This document shows, in pieces, positions 12,401-23,185 of a stretch of DNA of 64,000 bases; within the stretch, counting starts at the first letter, position 1, and each line of letters opens with the position of its first letter. The position numbers and the translations under genes are program-made. A model generated the notes under the pieces. It worked only from the letters and a program-made list of their open reading frames with translations, was not told the origin of the DNA and made no database searches. This DNA comes from Camelus dromedarius (lineage: Eukaryota): contig NC_087451.1 of the NCBI RefSeq assembly GCF_036321535.1, forward strand, positions 47,306,001 to 47,370,000. Reading direction: 5' to 3'.

Positions 12401-14749
12401 ACCACTCACCTCCAAAATGAGACTCTAAATACTACTTCCTGGGGTAAGCTAAAGATAATGACTGCCCTGGAAATGGTGCATCCCTCCCCTGTCCAGGAGG
12501 ACTGGGACAGGTGGTAGGACCAGGCACAGTGCCTTCTTGAGCCCACCTTAGAACAAGACAGGAACAAGGAATTCCATACCAGCCCTACAATCCAAGAAGC
12601 GTTTGTGTGGGAGGTGCTAGCAAAAGCTTGCAAACTCTCCGCGCCTCTCTCAGGTTTCTTTGTGTGGTCTTCTTTCCTTCCTCCTCCACACCCATCGGTG
12701 CCAGGCCCGGGCGGGAAAGGCTGAGGGAGGAGTAGACTGCCTCGCCCCTTTCTCCAGGCTGGGAGGAGCTAGTTGGCGTCTCCAGGGTTGGGGACCGCTG
12801 CCCACCTCTACCACGAGGGGTCAGCAGAGTGTCGTGGCTGCAGCCGAAGTTGGGGAGGGGGCCGGAGCGGGGGAAGGACGGCTAGGAGTGGCCGGGAGAA
12901 TGCCTGTACATTTTTCATTAAATTGTTTTTAGAACCTTGTTGTGATTTCTTTTTAACTGTCCTGCTTCCTGAGGTGGCGAGGTCTCCAAAAGGAAATTCC
13001 GAAACCCTTTATCCCTAGCCCCAGACCCAGAAACTGATCTCCGTGGCGGGGCTGGGGGCTTCGGGAACAAAGTTTGGAGAATGGATCCGTGCTTGGGCCA
13101 CTCCCAGGTAGTCCCAGGGCCAACCAGGAGATGGGGCTAGTGGGATGCGGGGGGTGGGGGTGGGGGTGGACAGGGTGACTCATCCTTATTCCCCAGAAAA
13201 GGCTCTAGGAGGCGGGGAGGTCCTCCTGGAACGGGGGGCCTATACCCTGGGCAGCCGGAGCTTCTCTTTTTGCCAGGTGGCCCTGGACTCTAAACCTAGG
13301 TCGCTTTTTCTCCGGCCTGCGCGCTCCAGCTGCCACGTGCTCGAGACGCGCCCACACAGCAGAGAAACAAAGACAGCCAAGCAATGGGGCTGCCAGCACC
13401 CGCCTCGACATTTAATAAATGAAATTCCATAGCTGGGGGTCGATGGGGGGTGAACGGGCGGCCACCGTTCTTGGGCTGTGCGCCCGGTAAGGGCAGACAA
13501 GCCGCTCCTCCCATTGCCAGTGATGGGGCCACCAAGTCCCCGGTCTGACTCCTCGGTGGGGGTGCAGCACGGGGCGGCAGGTGGTTACCCCCACCCCTCT
13601 GTTCCCTGCGAGGTGTCTTTGCTCTTAGAGGCCCTGCCAGCTGAGCGGCTGGCTATGGGGGGAGGGGAGGCCTGCAAGATTTTTTTAAAGGTGCGATTAT
13701 AAATATATCCCATGGATCGCGATTTCAAACAAATTTGTCAATCTAGGGTGCAGCGAAAGGCGATGGAGGCAGCTTTGCATGTATTTCGGGTGGTGTGACT
13801 CATGAGCATTACTTGTCTCCCCCCAGGGAAGCAGCCTGCCCACCCACAAGTCACTGCTGCTCTGGCACCGCTGGGACAAAATCAACCAATTCCAGCACCC
13901 CTGTCCAAGGACTCCCCTCCTCTCTCCCCTTGTTACTGAGCAGGACTTCCTGCTGCCGGGGAGTCCTCCCCTAATCTGGGGAATCCTCCCTTAATCGTGT
14001 CACCACTGAGCTGCCCCCCCACCCCCCATCCCCGCCTGGTCCTAAGCACTCCCACCCTCTCCCCAGAGCAGAGCGCTCTGGCCTTTTGCTGCTGCAGGGA
14101 TGGGGGTTGGGTGCACGCGGGGCACACGTGTATGGGGGAGCATGCTCAGTGCAGGGGTGCACCCACGTGCGGCTTGCCCCTCCTCTCCCTGTCCCCCCTC
14201 CACTTCCAACCAGTCTCCACGTGAAGTCCAGGAAGAAAGGCCACGACAGAACCTGTCCATGTATGTTATATCCACATGCCCTGAACACACACACCCCTCT
14301 GGTGGCTCAGAAACACCGTTGATGCATACAAGACCGATGCCAAGTGGATATTACTGCACCCAGGCACAGTGGTCACTCCTCAGGAGGTCTTCAAAAACTG
14401 CCAAGATTCTTTCCTCTCTGAATGAAAGCATGGAGGAGGGATCGATGTATATTTAGCCTGGAGGCAGGGGGATACACTGCATGACCTCTTTGGCACTGGG
14501 CATCCATATTGTTGGCGGTGTGCGTAGTCAGCAAGAGTGTGACCAAACATACACCTGGACACACAGATGTGGACACATAGGGGACCAGGACGCACATCTC
14601 ACCCACACGGGGACGGGCGGGTACCCCTGAACCACAGCCCCTCAATGAGGAGGGGGGCCTGGGCCTCCAGCTCCTTACTCTCTTCTCTGATCTCCAGGGG
14701 TCACTGTCCCTGAGCCCGAGAGATCTCTGGGCCACCCTCCTCTCGAAAG

Positions 14750-15750
14750 AGGAGGGGATGGAGCTGTGAGGTTAACTCAAACCGTCTCGGGGCCAGGGGT
14801 GCGTCGGGGCCGAGGCCAGGGCCGCTGGCGGCGATGCCTGGTAAGGCCTGGCGATGGCCGTGGCCCCTTTAAGCACCCCCGCCCCCTCTCCCCCGCGCTC
14901 CCGGCTTCCTTTCTCCGGGAGGTGCGGCCGGCAGGGCCCGGCGGCGGGGCGGGTGTGTAGGCTGCCCCTCCCCCGGTGGGCCGGGCCTGCGTCGCTTCCT
15001 GCAGGAGCGGCCGGGAGCCGCGCAGGGGGCGGAGAGAGCGAGAGGCGAGCGGCGGCGGGGCGGAGGGCGCCCGAGGGCGAGCGGGCGGGCGGGCGGGCGG
15101 GCACGGCGGGTCCGGGCCANNNNNNNNNNNNNNNNNNNNNNNNNNNNNNNNNNNNNNNNNNNNNNNNNNNNNNNNNNNNNNNNNNNNNNNNNNNNNNNNN
15201 NNNNNNNNNNNNNNNNNNNNNNNNNNNNNNNNNNNNNNNNNNNNNNNNNNNNNNNNNNNNNNNNNNNNNNNNNNNNNNNNNNNNNNNNNNNNNNNNNNNN
15301 NNNNNNNNNNNNNNNNNNNNNNNNNNNNNNNNNNNNCGGGGGCGGGACCGCGCACGGAGGCACCGCCGGGCGGGCGCCGGGGCCTGGCGGGAGCGCCGTG
15401 CGGGGCCGGAGGGCGGGGCGGGGCTGGGGGCTGCGGCCTCCGGCCTCGGCCCCCGCCCGGACCACTGCGGAGTCGCGTCCTTGGCGGGAGGGCCGTCTGA
15501 GGGGCCCTCGTTTCCTCGCGTCCGTGGACGAGCGAGGAAGGACATTCCCGGCGCCGCCTCCCACCCCTCAGTCTGAGGGAGGCGGGCAGCTCTCTGCCTA
15601 CCCCCTCCATCTCAGTATCCAAACGGAAGCGCCAGCCTACGGTGGCAGGAGGGCTGTGGCGGAGGCCGGCCCGGTTTAGGAGGTGGGGGCGAGAGTGGTT
15701 TTGTGCCATCTCAGTGCCACCCCCGCGTCTTGCACCTGCTGCTTGCATGG
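14750..15750. promoter_or_regulatory. CpG island / GIT1 promoter, divergent from ANKRD13B
   Basis: High CpG density, GGGCGG boxes, GGGC repeat 15082-15101; contains N block 15120-15336. Confidence 0.9.
15120..15336 (+). other. GIT1: N block presumed to hide GIT1 coding exon 1 (MSRKGPRAEVCADCSAP)
   Basis: Exon 1 peptide not found elsewhere upstream of exon 2; block lies in the CpG island; exon 2 starts in phase 1 as expected. Content is inferred, not seen. Confidence 0.7.
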
Positions 15751-18109
15751 TCTGCCCGCCCGCTGGGGTGGCGGAGGGCAGGGGGCAGAGAACTGGGCAG
15801 ATGGGCCTGGGGACCTAGATACTGTTTCCTCAGGAGCAGATGAGGGGGTGGCTACTCCTAGGATTCCCTGCACCTTGTTCCCAAAGCTGGGGCTCCTCGC
15901 AGGGCCTGGTATTAAGGGCTAGTACGAGCCTGGGCATCTTCCCCTGAGGCATCCCTTGGCCTGGTGACTGGGAAAAACTAGACTCAGCTTTTCCTGTGTC
16001 CCAGTATGGCCTGCTTGGGAAGGTGGGCTTGGCATGCCTCAGCTTGGGCCCAGACCCCTCCTTGTCTTCTAGTCCAGTCTGGCCAGAAATGGGTAGGGAG
16101 CAGTGCTGAGGGGGGCCTAGATTCCCAGGATCCACCTGGCTTCCTGGCCTGCCTCCTGGCTGAATTTACCATGGTGTTTCCCTTCTCCTTCCCAGCAGAG
16201 TCAGGTCCAGGCTGATGTGAACCCCCCCCCCTGACCTGCTAAGGAAGTGAGGAGCAGTGACCTGGAGAGGCTGCTCCCTTCTGATGTGGGAGGACACTGC
16301 CAGTGATGGGGCTTAGCAACTGGCCTGGGGAAGGAAGCCCTGGCCCTTGTCCCTCCTGTCTTTAGGAAAGGAACTCTCTCTCTGGGAGACCTTTGGGAGG
16401 GCTCAAGGGGTCCGTGAACTCCAGGGGGACTGTAGGCACAATTAAGTGAGAGTGTAGGGTGGTGTTTTGTGGACCCATAACTTCCAGCCACCCTTTGGAC
16501 AGGTCCAGGACCCCAACAGGTGAGACCCACAGATACTCTAGTGGTTCCAGTAGCTCTGAGCTAGAGTGTGTGGGAACTCTGGGTGCCTGGCAGAGGCATG
16601 GTGGTCTGAGTGGTTATGACCCTGAGGCCTCCTTTCAGGGCATGTCATGGTCTAGAGGGCCCTAAAGAAGCTACTTCGGCAGGTGGAGGTGATATGTGTC
16701 CCACCCCTGATTAGTTAGAAACTAGTTATCTCCTTCCCCCAACCATAGGCAGGTCTGGGGATGGAAGGACTAAGAGGAAAACTTGCCTTCTATATGTCTG
16801 CTCCAGGCTGTTCTGCACCTTTGCTGGGTGGGCGTAGCAGTGGAGGGAGGGCAAGTCGGGATGGGAGGGGGGTGCTTAGCAGACACTTTATCAGGGGATT
16901 TTAAGTGTTGCCTTTGTTTCTAGCTTAGTCTGTGACTCATGGTAAGACTTTCCTCACTCTGGGTCCCAGTTTCCTCAACTCTGACGCAAAGAAGTTGGGA
17001 GTAGAAATGGTTTTTGAGGACCGTCCCATCTACAAGTCTGTGGTCCTGATTCTGGGCGAGGGGGACTTGGGGCAGAATTAGCAAGGCAGTTGACCTTTCT
17101 CCATTGCATCTGACTCTTTGGCTGAAGCCTCCAGATGCCCAGTGGGCATGGGGAGGAATGGTATGTATCTGATGTGTGAGCTGCCTAGCCCCTATCCCCA
17201 GTCCTCATCCCACAGAGGCATTTGTGCCCCAGGTACCTCCTTCCCCCTGATCCAGAATATGGGTTGGGAAGAGGCAGGTGGTGAGAAGGTGAGGTGGGTA
17301 GGGCGTTGACAAAGTCTAACTCTGCACCACGCCCCAGCACCTAGCATCGTGTCTGGCACATAGCAGGCACCCCCGCCAAGTGTGTATGGCTATTTATCAG
17401 GACCCCAGCTGGCTACTTTGGGCTACCCCGTACCCCTGCTCTATGAGGCATGGAATGGCAATCTCAGTCTAGGATCTGTAGCAACCCAGGTAAGAGGCTT
17501 GAGGGAAACCAGCAGTCTGGAGCCCAGGCCCAGAGCGACCTCCTTAGTGTATCCTCCTCACTGTGATAGGAGCCCTGTATTCCCAGCCCTAGGAGTGGGG
17601 TTGTGGCCTCTTTGTGGCTGGTTAATTTGTGAGCTCATGGAGGTGAGAGGCAAGAGGTGAGATGCAGTCTGACTTCAAAGGCCCCGTTCTCCCTCTGCTC
17701 CCAGGCCTTGGCACACAGGGGACAAGTGTGAGTACGTTGTGAGGCAGATGGACATGACATGGCTGCTCTGGCAACTGGTACCATCTCATCAGACACCATC
17801 TGTGTCCCTGCCTGCCTTGGGAATCCAGGAGAGGCGCAGGGGTCAGGGAACCCTGGAGAATGTGTGTTTCCCCCTTCCTGCCCCTCCATTCACCCCGTCA
17901 CACAGTCCTCGCCCAGCTCTCAGGGGTCTCCTCACACCGTGTGCCTCCTTCTCAGCCTTCCCACTTTGGCAGCCCCAGGCACAGGAGTGATGCCCATCCT
18001 GCAGGAACCCTGAGTGAGCAAGGCTGGCCATCAGCTAGGGACATTTAGGAACCTGCAGGCTCATTTGTCTCTGCATAATGTAGATTGTGAGGTGGGGTGA
18101 ACGGTGGGC

Positions 18110-18340
18110 TTTCTTCTTCTCTCACTGAGGTATAACTTGCAGCAAAGTGCCTCTACCCACTGTTCAGCCTGATGAGCTCTCACCTGTGTGCATACATACA
18201 CCTGTGTAACCACCACTCTGCTCAAGAGGTAGAGCATTTCCATCACTCTTGAGGGCTTTATTGTGTCCCCTCTTAGCCAATGCCCCCCCCCCCAACAACA
18301 GCCGCCATTCTGACCTCTATCCCCGTGGGTTACTCTTACC
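18110..18340 (-). mobile_element. Old L1 (L1MB/L1MC-like) 3' end fragment
   Basis: tgaggtataactt...tgtgtaaccaccact..tcaag..agagcatttccatcact..ttctgacctctatc typical of antisense L1 3' UTR. Confidence 0.6.
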
Positions 18341-18354
18341 TCCTTTCAAGAGGG

Positions 18355-18450
18355 TGGGCCTTTCTTGTCCAGTGAGGATCTTGTCCCTAGGTCAGAAGAG
18401 GCTGGGCCTCTCTTGTCCAGTGAGGATCTTGTCCCTAGGTCAGAAGAGGC
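18355..18450. repeat. 48-bp tandem duplication (2 copies, 47/48 identical)
   Basis: tgggcct(t/c)tcttgtccagtgaggatcttgtccctaggtcagaagaggc at 18355-18402 and 18403-18450. Confidence 0.95.
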
Positions 18451-20169
18451 TGGCTGCTGGCTGCTGGCCCTAGAGGCCACTAGTGGCTTTGGGTGGTGAC
18501 ATGAATTCACGTTCATATAGGCCTCCATGGTGCTGGCACTGGTTAACATTATCCCAGGACCCCTCCTGCCACTTGCCCACACATACCAGATCCCCTACCC
18601 TGACTGAGGCAGAAGCCTGGGGGTGGGTTGGCAGGAGACTGAGGAGGTGACTATATCCCCTAACCCTTATGTTCCCTGTCCCTTCTGCCCTGAGTTTGGT
18701 CCAAGGAGCCTTTTGGGGGCAAGGGTCCCTTAACCTCAAACCACAATAGCCATTTGACTTTCAGAAACCCTTCCTGGCCCTTCTGTGTAGGAACTGACCT
18801 ACATGGGACCTGGGGCTCCTGCTTGGGTAGGCCCAGGCCCCTTGGGCATAGAGAGCCCATAGGTTAGGGTGGGCTTCCCACCTGTGTCATCCAGAACTGA
18901 GCTGGCACCAGTGTGCCCCACCAGGACAATGTCCCCTGCCCATCCTTCCTATTTCAGGTCGCTGTGGAAGAGAGGGAGGACCCCTCTTCCAAGCTGGGAG
19001 AGTGCCGAGCAGAACCTTTGACTACACTCCCCAGATCCTGGTCTCTTGGTCACTGCCACCTTCAGGGACTTATTGTGTCTGGTCTGGCCCTGGATGTCTG
19101 GCCAGATCTGTCGTCCCAGGCCTGGCTTCTCTGTTAGAGCCACAGGCCTGGGGTGGAGGCCTCAGGGCGGCCCATTTGTGATCCTGGCCTGGGCGGCTCC
19201 CTACTGACAGGAAACCCCACCATTTCAACAAGAGGAATTTAGGCCACGTCATTTCCAGCTTCCTGCCTGGGCTGCCAGGAGGTGGCTGACAGGCAGACCC
19301 CTGACCCAGTGGTGTTTGGGAGTGGGGGGAGTGAGTTTTCCATGCCTGGGGTGCCTTACTGTCTGGGGAAAGTCAGCACTAAAGTTTGCTCTAGGGCTCC
19401 CTCTCTTGGCACAGGTGGTGGGTCCCTTCCTCACGGGCCCCTAGAATCACCCCCAGAAAGGTGTATGGGGGGTACCATGTACATCCCTCTGTTGCCCTGT
19501 TTTGGGGGATCCCTAAGGAAGCCCAGACCTTAAGAGCTGAGCCCCCCTTTCACTTCCTGTTTCCACACCATTGGAGGGGACATTTGACATGGGCAGCGTT
19601 GAAGCCGTGTCCTGACTCAATCTCTTCATGAATCTCTGGGGAACTTTGATGGAAGTCCTTGCGGGGAAGGGTCTCGGAAATGCCTTATGGTTGGAGGGGC
19701 TCTCATTATCCTAAGCCTGTCCCTCCCTGGAGGGGGCACTTCTGGACTCCTTGAGCATTATGGAGCAAGGCAGAGAGCCGGCCCACTCCCACCTCACCCC
19801 AGGACAGGGCTTCCTGAGATGGGGCGGGGGCCTGGGCAGAGCACAGTGTCCTGGGAGAGAGGCTCCCTGCCCCCACACTCCAGCGACACACAATGGCTGC
19901 TTTCTCCCCCGTGACCTTTCCGCAGCCTGAGCTGTGTGCAGCTGTCTCCTCCCTCTCTCCCAAGGGGCCTGGGATGGGTAGCATCTCCCCTGCCCTTGAG
20001 AAGGACCCCAGAAGCTCCCCTCCTACTCTGGCACCCCTTCTTGCTTCTAAAGCTCACTTTTCCCCAAGGAGTGGAGAGTGGCTTCCAGGGCCCTCACCCA
20101 CTTGGGGGTGCCCCCTTTGGAGCTGCAACAGCAGCAGGTGTGGACAAGGCATGGTCTCCAGCATCTTAA

Positions 20170-20350
20170 GTGCCTGGGTTCACATCCTAGCAATGCCACT
20201 CATTAGCAATGTGACTTTGAGGAAGCACCATAACTTCTCTGAGCCACTGTTTCCTCATTGTTAAGGCAGAGTAGCATCTCCCACCTTGCCTGACAGTTGC
20301 AATCGGCTCTATACTTGAGGCATCCAGCTGGTACACAGTGGGTACTCAGT
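20170..20350 (+). mobile_element. MIR
   Basis: cctgggttcacatcc..gccactcattagcaatgtgacttt..aacttctctgagcc..tgtttcctcatt. Confidence 0.75.
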
Positions 20351-20978
20351 CAGTGTTAGTTCCTGTGCTTTCTCCATCCTTCTTAAGAGGAGCTCCAGCT
20401 CACTCCATCAGTGATGGTGGCAGGAGGCTTGATCATGAAAAGGCCTCTTGCCTGCCAGCATGAGGGCAGAGGCAGGAGCCCCTGGAGGGGCGCGATGGGT
20501 CAGGCAGGTGGACCAGTAGTTCCAAAAAGCCTGGGTACAGGAGAGATGTGGCACTGACCCAGACACAGGAGGAGCGCCTAGGGATGTGTAGCAGGCGGCA
20601 TCGCGGGTGCATCCCCTGGGGGACTCCCACTCCCTGGGGAAGGGCTAGGGCGGCAGGCTTGTTCCCCGGGGAGAAGCTGTGGGACTGGTAGCGGTGGCTG
20701 CAGGACGGGAAGCTGTTCCCACCGAGTAGGCCCTGGGGACCACACCTCCCTAGAGGGGCAGAGACTCTTGCAGGAAAGGGCTTGACTCTATCAGTGGCCA
20801 CTGGCTGCAAGCCTTTGGGGAGTCCCTGCCACCACCGGAGCTCAGCTTCCTCATCGATGGGCCAGCTCCCTGAGCCTTGAGCAGCTGAGTGAGAGAATGT
20901 GCGTGGAGTACTAAACATAGTGCAGGTCAGGGCAGGTGCTCAGGAGGCCTCACCATTGTCTCACCCTAACCCCGGCAG

Positions 20979-21112
20979 ACCCCGGCTGGGCCTCCATCAG
21001 CAGGGGTGTGCTGGTGTGCGACGAGTGCTGCAGTGTGCACCGGAGCCTGGGACGCCATATCTCCATTGTCAAGCACCTCCGCCACAGCGCCTGGCCCCCC
21101 ACCCTGCTGCAG
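20979..21112 (+). CDS. GIT1: GIT1 coding exon 2 (ArfGAP, second CxxC and Arg finger)
   Basis: (D)PGWASISRGVLVCDECCSVHRSLGRHISIVKHLRHSAWPPTLLQ; CAG/GTATG. Confidence 0.97.
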
Positions 21113-21289
21113 GTATGGGCTGGGCTGGGCGGTTCTTCCTTCCCCACAGAGTGTACGGAGTCGGGGTGCTTTTTCCCAGCACCCTCATACACAGCTGTCT
21201 GGATCCTGCAGCTTCCAGGGGGCAGCACCCACCTGGGGCAGAGCCTGACCCTGTCTCTTTCCACCTGCTTGCCTACACAGAGAAGAGGC

Positions 21290-21430
21290 TTCCAGGACTG
21301 GGGTCATACACACCTGGGCTCTCACCCCAGCTCTGCCACCTGCTAGCTTGGCCATGTGGCACTGAGTGAATCACTTAACTTCTCTGAGCCTTGGCATGCT
21401 CACCATGTCACCCAAAGTGCTAAACAGGAC
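21290..21430 (+). mobile_element. MIR
   Basis: ccagctctgccacctgctagct..tgagtgaatcacttaacttctctgagcct. Confidence 0.65.
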
Positions 21431-21573
21431 CCACACCCTTAGGTGGCCTGCCTGGATGGAGGCACGACGGCATCAGGCATACAGCAGGCCCACTGGTACT
21501 GTGTCCAGCCCGGCCCTCGGAGGTGTCCCCCTGCGCTCAGCGGGCACACTCACTTGGCACCTCTTTCCCACAG

Positions 21574-21686
21574 ATGGTGCACACGCTCGCCAGCAATGGG
21601 GCCAACTCCATCTGGGAGCATTCCCTGCTGGACCCTGCACAGGTGCAGAGCGGCCGGCGCAAAGCCAACCCCCAAGACAAAGTCCA
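21574..21686 (+). CDS. GIT1: GIT1 coding exon 3
   Basis: MVHTLASNGANSIWEHSLLDPAQVQSGRRKANPQDKV; CAG/GTGAG. Confidence 0.97.
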
Positions 21687-21807
21687 GTGAGTCGGGCTCA
21701 AGGGGTAGTGGCTGGGGTTGTGTGGCTGAGGACCTGGGCCCGGGAGGGGGCCAGAGGCCTGGCCTCTCCTGCTCTGCTCCCCATTTCCTCCTGTGTGCTC
21801 CATGCAG

Positions 21808-21913
21808 CCCCATCAAGTCAGAGTTCATCAGGGCCAAGTACCAGATGCTGGCTTTTGTGCACAAGCTGCCTTGCCGGGATGATGATGGAGTCACCGCCAA
21901 AGACCTCAGCAAG
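21808..21913 (+). CDS. GIT1: GIT1 coding exon 4
   Basis: (H)PIKSEFIRAKYQMLAFVHKLPCRDDDGVTAKDLSK. Confidence 0.97.
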
Positions 21914-22139
21914 GTTTGTGGGGCCCCGTAGTGGGAGGGGTGGGCTTCTCCTCTTCTCACACACTACACCATCACCACTGACCTCAGGCCCCCAAGGGAG
22001 ATAGGTCAGGGGGGAACAGTGGGCACAGTGGAGGAACAATATTGCATGGTCAGGCCACACGTGATCAAGGCCCCTCAGCTCCCATGTGGACACGCAAGGT
22101 GAAAATCCCCCAGCTGCCACTTGAAAGCTGGAAAACTCT

Positions 22140-22250
22140 GGGCAGTTTCTGAGCCTCTCAGAGCCTCAGTTTCCTCATCTAGAACATAGGAGAGAAATAG
22201 CATCTACTTCATAGATAGTGTCTGTTCTAAGCAGAGCACTCTGCCTGTGC
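22140..22250 (+). mobile_element. MIR
   Basis: ctctcagagcctcagtttcctcatctagaacataggag..aatagcatctacttcatag. Confidence 0.65.
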
Positions 22251-22408
22251 TGGGTGGTGCCTGACTGCAGCTATGGTTAATTGGCATGAACTCCCTGACA
22301 ACCCAACTTGGAGCTGGTAGGAGTCCCAGGAGTGGCCTGGACTAGGTGCCACTGGGAGTGGGGAGCACCCCACACACACACATTTGTTGTAAACTCTGCT
22401 CCTCGCAG

Positions 22409-22626
22409 CAACTGCACTCAAGTGTGCGGACAGGCAACTTGGAGACATGTCTGCGCCTGCTGTCCCTGGGTGCCCAGGCCAACTTCTTCCACCCAGAGAA
22501 GGGCACCACACCTCTGCACGTGGCTGCCAAGGCAGGGCAGACGCTGCAGGCCGAACTTCTCGTCGTGTATGGGGCTGACCCTGGCTCCCCTGATGTTAAT
22601 GGCCGCACACCCATTGACTATGCCAG
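22409..22626 (+). CDS. GIT1: GIT1 coding exon 5 (ankyrin repeats)
   Basis: QLHSSVRTGNLETCLRLLSLGAQANFFHPEKGTTPLHVAAKAGQTLQAELLVVYGADPGSPDVNGRTPIDYA. Confidence 0.97.
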
Positions 22627-22711
22627 GTGAGGGTTGGTTGAAAGGTGAGGCTTGGGTGGGAGTGGGGAGTGGGTTGCGGCTTCCTGGCTGAGCCGTGCCC
22701 CCTCCCCACAG

Positions 22712-22806
22712 GCAGGCGGGGCACCATGAGCTGGCGGAAAGGCTAGTCGAGTGCCAGTATGAGCTCACTGACCGGTTAGCCTTCTATCTCTGTGGACGCA
22801 AGCCGG
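22712..22806 (+). CDS. GIT1: GIT1 coding exon 6
   Basis: (R)QAGHHELAERLVECQYELTDRLAFYLCGRKP. Confidence 0.97.
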
Positions 22807-23142
22807 GTGAGCAGAGTGTGGGGCCAGCCTGGCTGGGCCAGGCAGGTGGGACCCAGACACACCCCAGCAGCAGGTGCCATGGTGACAAAGCTGGCTGGGG
22901 AACAGTGTTGCTAGGCAACTGGCTCCTGTGAAATTGCTGCAGGCTCTGGGCTGCAGCATGTTGGGATAGGGGGTGGGGTGGGCATAACTTGCAGCCAGCT
23001 CCCAGGGCTCTTGGGGGTGTCCTGCCCTCCTCCCCTTCCTCTGACACTTCTGGGTAACAAGCCCTGCTCTGGGCAATGAGGTGGGCTCCCAGCTGCTAAG
23101 GCCACCCAGCACCAGTGACTTGCCATTTTTATTTTTGGTCAG

Positions 23143-23185
23143 ATCACAAGAATGGGCATTACATCATCCCACAGATGGCTGACAG
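23143..23185 (+). CDS. GIT1: GIT1 coding exon 7
   Basis: (D)HKNGHYIIPQMAD; 43 nt; CAG/GTGAG. Confidence 0.96.

Noticed and set aside
14292-14306. CTCF-like CCACCAGAGGGGTG on the minus strand
   Set aside because: Lacks the highly conserved C after the G-run
14766-15748. Multiple long ORFs on both strands over the GIT1 CpG island
   Set aside because: Same artefact; Arg/Pro/Gly/Ala-rich and spanning Ns
17401-17489. Cryptic 89-nt exon ending at strong donor CAG|GTAAGA in GIT1 intron 1
   Set aside because: Weak pyrimidine tract, adjacent to an L2 tail, frameshifting; isolated donors are common in first introns
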